DNA of 64,000 nt from Octopus vulgaris (GCA_951406725.2 OX597814.1:58590001-58654000); one strand, 5' to 3'. Counted from the stretch's first letter, positions 1 to 14,542 are shown. Notes: generated by a model not told the origin, from the sequence alone. Made by a program: numbers and translations.

Positions 1-54
1 TGAAGTGTTCAATTTAGCAGGGACGATTCTAATATAAAGTTTATCCCCCATAAG

Positions 55-262
55 ATGGTGAGCTGGCAGTATCGGTAGCACGCCGCGCGAAATTTACACT
101 CAGAAGTCTTTACCTTCCGAGTTCAAATTACGCTGGGGTCGACTTTGTTTTTCATCCTTTCGGGTCGCTAAAATAAGTTCCAGTTGCACACTGAGGTCAA
201 TATAATTGTCTTAGCCCCTACCCCGAAAATACTGGTTTTGTATCAAAACCTGAAACCAATAT
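55..262 (+). mobile_element. tRNA-derived SINE, family A (octopus-type, Deu/Nin-like central domain)
   Basis: Head GGTGAGCTGGCAGTATCGGTAGCACGCC (A-box-like), GAGTTCAAAT (B-box-like), then core GTCGACTTTG..TTTCATCCTTTCGGGTCG..AAAATAAGT.CCAG; the same sequence recurs at 1476, 23747, 23976, 24179 and 45680 (minus). Confidence 0.8.
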
Positions 263-1475
263 TAAAGGTCCCCCTCTCTGCCACCATTTTTTTTTTATTC
301 ATGGATAGACTTGGTCGGTTAGTGAAAACATTTCTGTACAGTGTTATTTTATTATCTGCTAAATCTGTTTCGCTAAATGACGCATGAATAATTATATAAA
401 ATTTGTGATTTTTTTCCGATTGGAAAGTTTTCGATCATACATTGTCTGCAACGGAGCGGACACAATGAAAGATATGAAATACACTCTCTACTTCTCTCTC
501 AGTCTCCTTTCTCTCTGCTCCCCTGTCCCCTGCAACCCGTCTCTTTCTTTCTTTCTCTCATTCTTTCTCTCTCTCTCTCTCTCTCTGTTTATCTCTCTCT
601 TTCTCTCTCTGTTTATCTCTCTCTCTCTATCTCTCACACACTCATATGCCCACACAAACACGTATGTATAGTTTTCGTGGTTGAAATACTTTTGGTCAAA
701 TGTCTAATGTTCACCGTTAACTCGAATCTATAACTTCCCAATAGGTTCTATGTATCACATAATCCAATCAATCAAATCACTTTCAAATATTCAATGTATA
801 AAGCCATTTCTCACACTTATTGCTAAAGGGTAAAATTTATTTTCTCGGTAAATCATTGACAAAATATTACTACAACATGCTCTTAATTAACTCCCTTCAT
901 ATTTCATTACAATATGAAATTAAATTATGTTTTATCATCTCTTCATATACATTGATTGTTTGAATACATGTGTACGAAGCAGCTGACATAATTCTATATT
1001 TATTTCCCCAATTGAGAAGTATTCCTCTCAACAAGTTCTCTATATTTACCAAAAACAGCAGCAAAACCGCAATATTAACAGCCTCTGTTTCTCACTCACA
1101 TTCTCATAATTATTGATTGCATTCTTCTAAATATATGATCTCACAGGCACATTAAAAATTTTGATTTCTTTTTTTGAAATATATCTCTTTAGGCAATACT
1201 TTTCAATTAAATAAATGTTACAATTCTTTTCCAAATATTGAACCATCGAGCATTTTCCTTTTTCTATTACAATTGTCCATCCTTTAGCAAATTAAATTTC
1301 AATTTAATAGCACATTTCATTCCAATTCAGTCAATGGTATATTCAGTTTTTAAAACAAGATTTTATAAATAGCACCTTTATTTCAAAATAAAGAAAAAGT
1401 AATAATGAACTCATTAATATACAGTACAGGAGGTGCACTAAAATTGGATGTACCTTCATGCATTTATATTTAAGA

Positions 1476-1650
1476 CTTAGCGGCATTTTGTCCGTCTTTA
1501 CGTTTTCAGTTCAAATTTTGCCGAGGTCAAATTTGCCCTTCCTCCTCTCGGAATCAATAAAATAAATGCCAGTTGAGCACTGTTGATCAGTGTATTTGGT
1601 TTATCCACTCTCCGAAATTACTAGTCATGTACCAAACTTTGAAATCTATA
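1476..1650 (+). mobile_element. 5'-truncated SINE family A copy
   Basis: CTTAGCGGCATTTTGTCCGTCTTTACG..AGTTCAAATTTTGCCGAGGTCAAATTTGCCCTT..CCAGTTGAGCACTG matches the 24179 copy. Confidence 0.7.
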
Positions 1651-4196
1651 TTTAAATTCTGTGCGCTAAACGAAAGCTTCTAATAATTTTTGTCTTCGAT
1701 TTATCACGCTATGGCAGTCAAATTCTAAATGATCACTTCACGACATCAAGCAGAAGATGATGGGGCATTAAACCTACGAATCCTCTATAGCTCCCAGGTT
1801 TTTTCTTGACTTCGATTTTCTTCAAGCTCAACTGTGTGATTTCGGTTACCTCGTTAAACGCCCTAATTTCGTCTTATTGCCACTGCATCAATCTTTTCCC
1901 TGTGTGGTGTAACCTACTCGTACTTCCTCAATACGATACTGTTTTTATTGTTATTCTATGAGGCGACTCATGTCGTTACCCCTCAAGTACCTGAGCCCTT
2001 CATGTGTTTTGCGGAAGTACGGGAGTAATAACTAGATAATATCTCCCTTTCCTGTTTGTGCTCCTCACTCTCAATTGGATTGTGCACAAACTTATAAATA
2101 CTTATTTATTAAGCCTTTTTATGCTCAAATTTACTGTATTATGGATATCACAACTCTAGGTGATGTATTTCAAATGCTTGTAGCATAGTGGACTCAACTG
2201 TATAATTTGTCTTGGTTATGGTATATAACTTAACCTAGTGATGTATTAGTTCTCTCACGAAAGAACAGATGTACATTCTACGTATCCAATTTTACTAAAA
2301 AGCTTAGTGTCGATCAAAGATTATAATAAAATAGTGCCTAATGTGTAGAATTCATAACATGATTTCAACTACAACGTCATAACAATTCTAATGTTTGCTC
2401 TACACAATTCCAAAGCACATTCGTCAAAAGTGCCCTAGGTGTGCACACCCACATTTATTCATTATTCATATACGTATGAATAATACATGTAGAAATTTCT
2501 GTATAATTATCTGCTGTGATGTTTATATTATCTCCTGTTAACTCAGGTAAATAACATCGAGAATTTTCAAATGTTTCCTACATATTGACTGATTCATTAT
2601 ATATGTACGGGGCAGGACATATTTATTTTATTCTTCGGGGTCAAAATATATCTACGACGAATGAATAAATAATTTTGTTGGTTTCCAAACGAAGAGTACA
2701 TGGTGAGCTTAGATAGTAAGCTCATGGTTATTTTCTAATTGGTGAATGCCTTCTATCTATTTTTGCTTTTTCTCATACAAATATCGTTGCATTTTAAATG
2801 AGCTGAATGACAGCGAGACGTCTGCACAACTTTTGTACTCTCGTTTGAAAAATGATGTTTATTAGTACAGTAAAATCACACAATATTAACATGAATTAAA
2901 TGAACCACAACACTACTGACTTCCTGTAACGTAAATGCCTAAGAAAAATCTATTATTACTACAGAAACCAGTAAATTGATACAGGAAGTAGAACATTGCA
3001 TGGAAGTGAGTCCGGGTATGGTTTCAATTCAATTCATCTTAATATGTTTCTATTTCTACATTAGCAGATAAACAATATAAGTAAATTAAATATACTGAAC
3101 TCAGTTCAAGCGTTTGTGTATCAAACATGACTTGAATCTTTTACAACTCAATTTATTTCAATCTCAAACTCTATTGCCTCATATTTATCGACCATGAAAA
3201 TGAACCGTGCACCATTGGAACGTGGTTCTATTGAAACAGATTTCTTCTAATGAAAACAAAATATCTAAACATGATGTTTATAATGGAATATTGTCGTAGA
3301 AAGGTTATTTTTGTTTTGGGAACATTTAATCTATGTTAAGTGCTAAAGAACAGCTACAACTTTTAATGCAAGACAAGTACATAACACTATAGCTTATTAG
3401 TAACATTTGTAGCTGTTTGAATACAAACAAACTACACATAGACCATTTGCTTATGCGCATATGGTGTTATTAGAGCTGAAGCTAATATTTGTGAAGGAGA
3501 ATACTTAATAATGTAAAATCGAATCTGCCACGACGTGCCCGGTATGAAGGTAAATTGAAACACTTCAATATCTGCCCCGAATAGTGTTTATAGTTAATAT
3601 TCATGGCATCAATATCTGACTTTATATTAGAAAGTGAACAATTGCAAATATGAAAGTTTTCGAGTAAACATCAGCTTCATGTACTTTCCCCAAATTTAAT
3701 TTTCCGTACACGTATGTTCAGTTTTATGCCATACTATTCATTTAATCTTTCATTTGTTGCTGTTATGGGATTGCGATCATGCTAGAAAGTTCCTCTTAAA
3801 GGCTTTAGTCAATCACATTAACCCCAGTTTGGTAATTTATTTTACTCTCACAATTAATGACTCTTCTAATTTATGTGACACGAACACAGATATTGTTGTT
3901 TCAATATCAAATGTAATGACATTAACAGACAAACATACATGCACAGACAAACATAGACATAACACACACACACATATAAGCACATCTACACACACACATA
4001 GAAACGCATAAATAAAAGGATTTCCATACGTTCCATCAACAAGATGTAACAAGAGACATTTGCTTTGAACAATAGATTTATGTTTTAAACCTGTAATCCA
4101 TACAAACTTCAAAGTAACAACCGACATGAAGCGTTATAGTGGAATGCACCATTACGTAGGTTTCTACGGTTTATTTCTACATTCGCTTAGAGGCAA

Positions 4197-4245
<49 letters not shown>

Positions 4246-4284
4246 TATCTGTATACATGCATATGTGTGTGTTTGTGTGTGTGT

Positions 4285-5200
<916 letters not shown>

Positions 5201-5322
5201 GAAGCAGACTGATTGCTATAGCAACACCAGCTGCACATGTCACCTTCCTCCTATTTCTCGCTCCCTCACAAACACATCTGAGCAACGACTTTTTCCAACT
5301 ACCGCTTTATTTATTTACATTG

Positions 5323-5728
<406 letters not shown>

Positions 5729-7164
5729 CTGTTCTTACATAATGGTATATGAATAGCTATTTCTCATATAAAATTTAGCTAAAGAATTTGGGAATAACAC
5801 TCGGTAGTGTTACACTTGATACAAATTCCTTATGTAAAATATCTCATTAAATCCTAGAAAAAATATAGACTAATGTAATATTTTATTAACAGAAATAAGA
5901 AAGTACACCATCCTAATCCCCATGCGTACAATATAATGACTGAATAACAAGATATACGTTTTCGTCGCACCGCTTGCAACAGCTAGAAGCCAAGATTCCG
6001 TTAAGTGAATCCTTACTATCTTAAAATGACACATTAGGTAATGTAATCATAGATATGCGAAGTCTGACTAATAGACAAGATGAACACGGATAGAACACCT
6101 GATAATTCCTTTGTTGGATTAGGATTCATCTGGTAAAAAACATGAAGATGAACAGCACTATAATATGTCTGATAATGCCGTTTTGTTTGAATTATTCTTG
6201 TTGATGTTCCCTTTATTACCCACGAGAATAATAATGTTAACGCCTTAAAACAACTTAATTTATATTTTGTGTCATTATTTCTGCATCTTTATAGCAACAT
6301 ACATGTTTCACAATTGAACATGGCACTATAATTACACAACCTCCAGTAAATTTTGAAATATGCATTTATTTATATATTTCATTTTCATTTTGTTCATTAT
6401 TTTCTGATGTTTCTTGCGACAAGTCAATAATTTCACGTCATATTTTATATATTATTTTTATTTTTTGCTTTTTCCATCATGGAATAATTTCACTCTAACA
6501 GAATCAATTATATGCACTGTCTCATTGTTACTGTTACATTGTTTTGTATTTCGTAAACATAGTATTACATTTTGACACCTATTGTTAGGAATTATCTAAG
6601 CCTTCTCGAAAATAATTGGCAATGAAGATTGGCGGAGAGAATCAATTATAAAGAAAATATACAAAAATAAACATCTACTGGCAGGTGTGACAGGTTTCTT
6701 TACTCTAATTTATAGGACACCAATTCATATATATATAAATTATAAAGAAGGGTATCTAAGTGATACCACCGTACTTGAAATAGCAGTCAAAACATGACTC
6801 TAAAAGCACATCATGTATTCAAATCAGCGCAAGGTGAGAAGACAAATAGATAAATAAACCAGTAAAAATTAGATAATTATAGACCCAGGGTTTCTGGTTC
6901 TGTTTAAAAATACTTTATCTTCGTCTATGAAATATACTAAAAATTGTACATAATTACACATATATACACACGAACATACGAATACTTAAGTATACGCACG
7001 CGTATATAGATATATATGCACATATATACGCGACCAGTTCAGTTATCTCTCTAAACGTCATGTGCTATATGGTAAAAATACCACTGCAGTGAATATAATG
7101 ATGAAGTGAATATATATACATTTCTATATAGATAATAAGACTGTTATTTAAATAACGGTCTTAT

Positions 7165-7295
<131 letters not shown>

Positions 7296-7430
7296 TATAG
7301 ATAGATAGATAGATAGATAGATAAATACGCGAACACACACACTACATACATTCGTACATACGTACGTATATATTTATATAAACACACACACACACATATA
7401 TGTATATGTTTATATGTATATATGAATAAT

Positions 7431-7566
7431 AGGCGCATGAGTGGTTGTGTGGTAAGTAGCTTGCTTACCAACCATATGGTTTCGGGTTCAGTCCCACTAC
7501 TATAGCCTCGGGCCGACCAAAGCCTTATGAGTGGATTTGATAGATGGGAACTGAAAGAAGCCCGTC

Positions 7567-7612
<46 letters not shown>

Positions 7613-7820
7613 ATGTTTGAGTGACTGTGTTCACCCCCCACCCCCCCCAACATCGCTTGACAACCGATGCTGGTGTGTTTGCGGCCCCGTAACTTAGCGA
7701 TTCGGCAAAAGAGGCCGATAGAGTAAGTACTAGGCTTACAAAGAATAAGTCCTGGGGTCGATTTACTCGGTGCTGCAGCTTGGCCGCAGTCAAATGACTG
7801 AAGCAAGTAAGTAAAAGAGT
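7431..7820 (+). mobile_element. tRNA-derived SINE, family B (cephalopod-type), with an internal microsatellite
   Basis: Head AGGCGCATGAGTGGTTGTGTGGTAAG..GGGTTCAGTCCCAC; central TATAGCCTCGGGCCGACCAAAGCC..GAACTGAAAGAAGCCCGTCGT; internal (TA)n; tail GGCCGCAGTCAAATGACTGAA. Reverse-complement copy at 26150-26550. Confidence 0.8.
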
Positions 7821-8011
7821 AATATATGCGTGCATATATTTCTACATATATAGTTATGTATGTATGAGGCTCAAGAAAGATTCAGTGTTTATTTAGGTTT
7901 AGATATAAATTGCTTTAATTTATTCACTCTCATTTTGCCACATTCATGCATAATCTTTCACACATTCATTAATGCAATATACATGTGTAAATAGTGATGG
8001 GCATATATATA

Positions 8012-8342
8012 ATATTAATTAACAGACGATGGATTTGGTATTTAATCTTTATTGGGCACAACATATGTCTTGACCTGTCAGTCAGGGTCTCATCAGGTAC
8101 ATCAATAATGATGTAACTCACTACAGAATTTTAATGTCGGCTGACTTGTTGCTATATGTCCATCAAGTTATATGTCCATCATTCCCTAAGTTGATGGACG
8201 TAAAACAAGTCAGCCGACATTAAAAATCTGTAGTGATACACATCTTTATTGATATACTTGATGAGACCCAAACAGATGGGTCGAAGTATATGCTGTACCC
8301 AATAACGATTTTATAGCGAATACAACTCCCGTTAATTAATAT
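8012..8342. repeat. Inverted repeat (about 155-bp arms, about 25-bp spacer), each arm with a degenerate hammerhead; PLE pseudo-LTR-like fold-back
   Basis: Left CACTACAGAATTTTAATGTCGGCTGACTTGTT pairs with right AACAAGTCAGCCGACATTAAAAATCTGTAGTG; hammerhead-like motifs at 8056-8100 (minus) and 8253-8298 (plus). Confidence 0.85.
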
Positions 8343-8483
8343 CATTACCCTAACTTCCAATGCGGAGTTCCTGGAGTAAACCCAACAGAAGTGTACCACG
8401 ACTGCGGATGACAAAAGTTGGTCTAAACTGTGCCAGTGCTCTACTTAACATTTAATCGACCTATGCTTATTTGTCCAAATTAT

Positions 8484-8618
<135 letters not shown>

Positions 8619-8753
8619 TATAGATAAAGTAGACATATATAAGCATATATGTATTCATGTATGTATGGGCATAAACATAAAAATACATATAGACACACAC
8701 ACACACATCTACGTATAGGTACAAACACACAAACACATACATACGCACACACG

Positions 8754-8786
<33 letters not shown>

Positions 8787-8787
<1 letters not shown>

Positions 8788-9168
8788 AATATTACATTTC
8801 TAAATATCTCAGAGAGATATAGGCAGTGCTGTTACGATAGAGTAGTTGTATACTGTCAACTTATTGTGACAGTCCCATGAAGGGAATCACACCACTGCTA
8901 TTTAGCTCCAGGAAGCATCAACGTTTCCTGTCGGCCTTGAAACGTTTCCTGTATCCTTATGTTTACAAGGGTGGGGGGAGGACAAACACCCCCACCCAGC
9001 TAAGCCTGCAGCCAGAGACAAGTTTCTGAGTCTTGCTCATCATCAGTCTGAAGTAGCATGGCCTGCTAGCTGGAGATGCTTGTCTAGGCCTTGGAAACAT
9101 ATAAGAATTCTAGTGAAATAAATCCACTGATTACAAAGAGAGAAATATTATATTTCTAAATATCTCAG
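8787..9168 (-). mobile_element. Retrozyme-like non-coding unit (356-bp period, 26-bp terminal direct repeat) containing a hammerhead ribozyme
   Basis: AAATATTA(C/T)ATTTCTAAATATCTCAG at 8787-8812 and 9143-9168; hammerhead at 8996-9073; no ORF. Confidence 0.7.
8996..9073 (-). ncRNA. Type I hammerhead ribozyme, intact core
   Basis: Minus strand: CCAGCTA-gca-GGCC-a-TGC-tactt-CAGA CTGATGA TGAG-caaga-CTCA GAAAC-tt-GTC TCTG-gct-GCA-GGCT-TAGCTGG. All core nucleotides are present, with a 4-bp stem II, a bulged extended stem I, a minimal stem III and a GUC cleavage triplet. Confidence 0.85.
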
Positions 9169-9169
9169 T

Positions 9170-9735
9170 GGTCTTTCGTGCAGCTGTGTCGGATTTTCAA
9201 GAGCTCAGTGACGACAATTCTGTTGATTCACCATGCCATTGAGATGAAATTTGGGCTTCAACATTCATTAACAAAATCAGGCTGTCATTTGCCTCAACAA
9301 TTGCTTCAATATGACGTGCGAAGTTAAGGCGCTGTGCATAGCCCCATGGTTTCAACTGTTGCATAATGACCAGTTTGTTCGGGTGGAAATGTTGGACTTT
9401 CATGCAGAATAAAACTTACCAATCGATTACTGATGCCAACTTCCGCGGAATGCTTCTGAGCAGAGCAATTCGGACTCCGTATCAAAGCTTATCTGACGCG
9501 TTCCACATTTTCCGGGTTCCGTACCGTTCGTGGCGTCCGACCAGTCACATATTCATTAGTGTACCTCATGTACGAAGTACATTCACCCAACCTAAGATTG
9601 TGTTAAGGATGGGAACAGCCTGATTTCGGTGAATATTGAAGTGGTGCCGAAACTCACGCTGAACTGCTGTGACAGACTATAGTTTTCATGTAACTGTCGT
9701 AGATGAACACACGAATCTTTACCGTCCACAGTGCT
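9170..9735 (-). pseudogene. Tc1/mariner transposase fragment (DUF4817-type N-terminus to the first catalytic Asp region)
   Basis: WTVKIRVFIYDSY..; FRHHFNIHRNQAVP..TI..WV; FHP.KL..QQL.P..Y.QRL.FA..LILLM(SD)EA(H)F; frameshifted. Confidence 0.7.
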
Positions 9736-10126
9736 ATGATTTTACCAGAAAAGAAAAATAATGCTAAGACACCACGCACCGAATGGTACCTGTCCAACGT
9801 ATGTCCCCACACTGTACTAACTACAAGAATTATCCGCAGGGTTCTTGAAGCATAACCAGTAAACAAGTGTCACCTTAGTATGCTGGCTGTTGACAGCTGA
9901 CACTTTCCATCTTACCCAGCATAACAAACTGAGAGTTTTCGTAAAATAATATTAACAACAACAACAACAGTAACAACAACAACAATAACAATAATAATGA
10001 TAGCAATAATACAACCCAGCAGGACAACTGAAGAATAACTCTCAAAGACTGGAATATTTACAATTACCTGTGGGTATTTTAAATTTCCCTCAAAATAAGT
10101 TAAGTATGAAAACACAAACGATCAGC

Positions 10127-10485
10127 TTTAAAATCTTTAATATCTACAACTTCTGTGAATACCTATACTTTCCTTTCTCCCTGAGTTTTCAAAACTGCAA
10201 ACATCCTTTTTATATTAGGAACACTACAGTTTTCTCTGTTCGGACATACAAAAGCTCACCTTTAGTAAATTTTAAATCTTTAATATCTACGATTTTGTGT
10301 AAAAAATTTACCCTTCTTTTCTGTCCTTTCCTTTCTCCCTGAGTATTCGAAAATGTAAACATCCTTTTCATTGCAAAAGCATTACAGTCTTCTCTGATTG
10401 GACATACAAACGAACATCTCTAGAAAATTTTAAATCATTCATATTGAAAATTTTGTGTGAAAATTTCATCTTTCTTTTCTCTCTG
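10127..10485. repeat. Diverged tandem repeat, unit about 145-157 bp, about 2.4 copies
   Basis: TTTAAAATCTTTAATATCTA recurs at about 10127, 10270 and 10427; TTTCCTTTCTCCCTGAGT..AAACATCCTTTT..TACAGT.TTCTCTG..GGACATACAAA is repeated. Confidence 0.75.
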
Positions 10486-10689
10486 ACTACCCGTTCCAGC
10501 AGATGGAACGAGGAAAATACTCTTCTTACTGATAAAAGGAATCGCATTGCAGAAAACAGAAGTGAACACTCCAATAAACCACAGGAAAGGAACAGTGAAA
10601 TGACCAGTAAAGGAACTAAAAATTAGTTGAGAATGATGCCTGGATTATCATTCATGCAGGGAGAGCAAGGGATAGTATTAAGTATTAAC

Positions 10690-10835
10690 TGCGAACGAAA
10701 ACAGACTGTATATCAAAAGAAAGAATGGTAACAGAGGACTAATTAGTATAGACCATTGCTTAAGGAGTAAACGGGGAACGCTTGCCAAGTATTTGATAAA
10801 TAGTGCCGAAGATCTGCTGCAATATACCGGGACCA
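10690..10835 (+). pseudogene. Short Dong/R4-type RT-thumb fragment
   Basis: ANENRLYIKRKNGNRGLISIDHCLRSK.GTLAKYLINSAEDLLQY, closely similar to 13490-13625. Confidence 0.7.
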
Positions 10836-11019
10836 ATATTATTATTATTGATATTTTTAAATGCTGTAGGTAGAACAATAGTGATGATGATAATCACTGT
10901 GTTTATGGAGGCGACTCAATGCAAGCACGTTATTTATATATATATATATATGTCTGTATGTACATACATGTGTATGTGTATATACAAATACAGAGAGGAA
11001 GAGGGAGATGGAATCTCAA

Positions 11020-14000
11020 TAACAACTCTCCTGGATACACCACGAACGACTCATGAAATCATGATACAACACAGCAATGAAACAATTAACAGCGCGAATG
11101 GAGATATAACCGATCATGGTGAATGTTTCCCGCCCGGCACGTGCGAAACTGCCCGCATCAGGAGCATTTGGCCCCGGACGGTCGTTATGTAACAACAGAT
11201 CACCTACACGCTGTGTGCAAAAACTGTCGTAAGTGGGCGAAGGACGAAGAGTAAGATACACTTATTGAATGTCAGCAAAGAGCAAAGCTGGAAAGAAGTC
11301 GTGAAGTAGGCCGACGTACCTTGAAATTTTGGATGGAAAAGGACATGTGTCCAATGTTAGAAAATAAACTAATGAACCAACTGAGAGTGATTAGCAGGAA
11401 GGGTTACTTAATTGGAGTAGAAATATCTCGGATAAGTGAGAGTCTGTGAGACCCTGTGGATAGGCTATAAAGGATGGTCAGATTTGAAAACAGAGAGGTA
11501 GGAGTTGACAGAGAAAAGAGTAGACAGGAGGAACAGCGAAATAGTGATGGGGCTGTTAAGGATGAGGAACGGAAACTTTATAGAGTGAACCCTGATACTG
11601 TGATGAATGGAAATGCAGGGGAAATGAACCAACTAGATAACGAATTGCTTGAAATTCAAAGACGACTTGCTGAGTTGGGGAATGCTCTAGAAGAAAAAAA
11701 AATTCAAATGAATATGAGAAGGGTAGACAGGAGTATCACAAATAAAGTAACACAAAGGATAAATACTGTCATACCATACATCCAGTCTGAGGACATAACA
11801 CAAACGGGGAATCTTCTCCGAGTTATTGCACTACTTGTTGAAGAGAAATTACAACTTAAGGGAACCAGAAATGGTGGAAACCATGGTGGGAACGGCGCTT
11901 TGAAAGGGACATAATGCGGGCATTGCAAGACCTAGGAAAAAATAATCAATGGTTGAGAGAAAACTGGAAAATGGGGAAAAGTCCGATCGAGAAGAATTAA
12001 AGAAGAAATATAAAATACAGAAGAACCGGTCTGATGCAGTAATTGACCAGTTAAAGTTAGAAGATCACAGCAAAAAGATCAGACGATTTGTGAATAGAAA
12101 AAGGCAGTTCGAGGAGAACAGATTGTTCAGAAATAACCCGAAGCAATTCTTCTGAACGTTAGAAGGAAACAATGGGGGAAATGTTGCTCCTGATACAAAT
12201 CAAGCCAAGGAGATCTGGAGCGGATTATGGGGAATCAATATGGTGCATAAAAGGGATGCAATGTGGATAGGAACTATGAAGACAGAATTATAAAGAGGAA
12301 AGAGACAAAGGAATATTGTCATTGATGTGAAAGAACAAGTAGGTAAAATACCTAAATGGAAAACACCCGGACCAGATGGGATTCATATCTTTTTGCTGAA
12401 CAGATGCCACACGGTGCATGAATGACTAGCAGCCCAAATGAATGTCCAGAAGGGTTCAGTCCACTCGTGGATGGTGACAGGCATGACAACACTTATAATG
12501 AAAGATAGAAGAAAGGGGAATATCGTGGAAAACTACCGTTCCATAGCATGCCTGAACATAATCTGGAAGATAGTCACTGTAATATGTGAGGCAAAGACGC
12601 ATACTTTCCTGGTACAGGTCGAAATACTACCAAGAGAACAAAACCGATGTAGAAAGAGTTTTCAGGGTATGAAGGATCACCTGGTCTTCGATAAAACTGT
12701 TTTGAGGCATTGTAAAAAGACATCATACAAACATGTCTATGGCTTGGACTGACTTTAAGAAGGCATATGATGTGATGCCTTATTTTTGGATCGTTGAATG
12801 CCTGTAGATGTTTGGTGTTGCCGAAAACATCACAAATTTTCTGATGCATAGCATGAAAGAGTGGGAAACCATATTGTAGTCAAGTACTGTATTCCTTGGA
12901 GAAGTTAATTGTAAATTTTCCAAGGTGACTCGCTTTCTCCGTTACTATTCGTAATTGTAGTAATACCCATAGCAATGGCACTTAGGTAACATAAGATGGG
13001 TTACCAATGTGGGAAGAAAGGCGTATCATTGAACCATCGTCTGTTTATGGATGATCTGTAATTATTTGGGAAATCTGAAAAACAGATACATTCCTCAACC
13101 AAAACAGTCCAAAAGTGTGTCAAGAACATCGGTATGGGTTTGGGGATTACCAAATGCTCAGTACTTAATATGAAAACAAAGAAGAAAGCATCCTGCAGAG
13201 GATTGTGGTTAGCATCAGGAGAGACCCTGAGTGAACTCGATGGTAGTGGGCATATATATCCAGTGGGGTTGGGAGCTGGATGACATTCTGTACAGGGAAA
13301 TGAAAGTTAAGGTCAGTTAGGTATATCGTAAAAGTGTGATGGGCCTGAAATCCAAACTGAATGCCAAAAATTTGATAACCACAATGAATATCTGGTCAGC
13401 TGCGATGATCAGATATAGTGCGTTTATCCTCCAATGGACTAAGGAGGAAACATCAACACTGGATAGAAGGACGAGAAAGTTGATGACGCTGCAAACTTAA
13501 ACAGAGTGTATATGAAAAGATAGAATGGTGGCAGAGGACTAATTACTATAGACCATTGTATAAGGAGTGAAAAGAGAACGCTTGCTGAGCATTTAATAAA
13601 TAGTGGTGAAGACTTGCTGCAATATGCCGCGAAAGATAAGGCTGTAAATGCAGATGAAATGTTGGACAAGGAAGAGTTTAACCGAAGAGCTGAGGAAAAG
13701 AGAAAAGAAGACCTTCGTGAAATGAGATTGCATAGACAGTTTGAAAGGAAAACATATGTCGTTAAGGATAATGCAGCATCGTGGCCATGGCTTGAGTGAG
13801 CTGGCTTGTAGCGTACAACCCAAAGCCTGATCATTGCTGCAGAGGACCAGGCTCTCGCTAATATGTCAGTGAAGTATAACATTTATAAAACGTCTGACAC
13901 CCAGAAATGCAGACTCTCTGGAAAGAATTAGGAAAATGTAACCCACTTGGTAAATGGAAGTGAGAGCCTTGCACAAAAATAATAAAAGCACCGCCACGAT

Positions 14001-14540
14001 CATGTGTGTGTGAATCATTATTGGCTCTTATGCTGTAAATACCAATATGAAGTAACAGAGAACTGGTAGGAGCGTGTACCAAGTAAGTTACGCAGGAGGA
14101 TGGAAAAGTAACGATACAATGGGACTATCATTTTCAGACGGATCGTGCAATCGAATACCGTCAGCTGGATGTTGTCATATTAAATAAGAGAGATGAATAC
14201 TGTTAGATCATTGATGTAGCAATACCAAATAACATGAATGTTGTGAGTAAAGATGTTGAATTGAAAACATCACCAAGTGCTCCGAATTGATAGTGGAAAT
14301 GGGAAGACTATATGGAATACGAGAGTGTAATGTAAAAGTGATACCATTGGTGATTGGAATGTTAGGCTGAATCCCATGAAACTTCAAGACCTCTTAAGTC
14401 AACTAGAAATCCCATGCAAGATTGATGTCCTGCAAAAAGCAGCCTCAAAAAAAAAATTTTCTGTCTGATGTCCTTCTGACTTGACAGATGACTAAAGACT
14501 CCGGTTCGGTTTAACTTACACCGTGTTAGGAGGGAATATT
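11020..14540 (+). mobile_element. Near full-length decayed RLE non-LTR retrotransposon (Dong/R4 clade)
   Basis: Ordered motifs: N-terminal LIECQQ..W..K...ENKLMNQLRVI; KTPGPDGI; WMVTGMTTLIMKD..ENYRSIACLN; DFKKAYD; FQGDSLSPLLF; LNHRLFMDDL; WDYHFQTDRAIEY..DVVI..IIDVAIP; VIPLVIG. Many stops and frameshifts; the 3' end abuts (TAA)n. Confidence 0.85.
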
Positions 14541-14542
14541 CA

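Noticed and set aside
10127-10485. Regularly spaced repeats resembling a CRISPR array
   Set aside because: The intervening sequences are themselves repeated, the context is eukaryotic and there are no cas genes.
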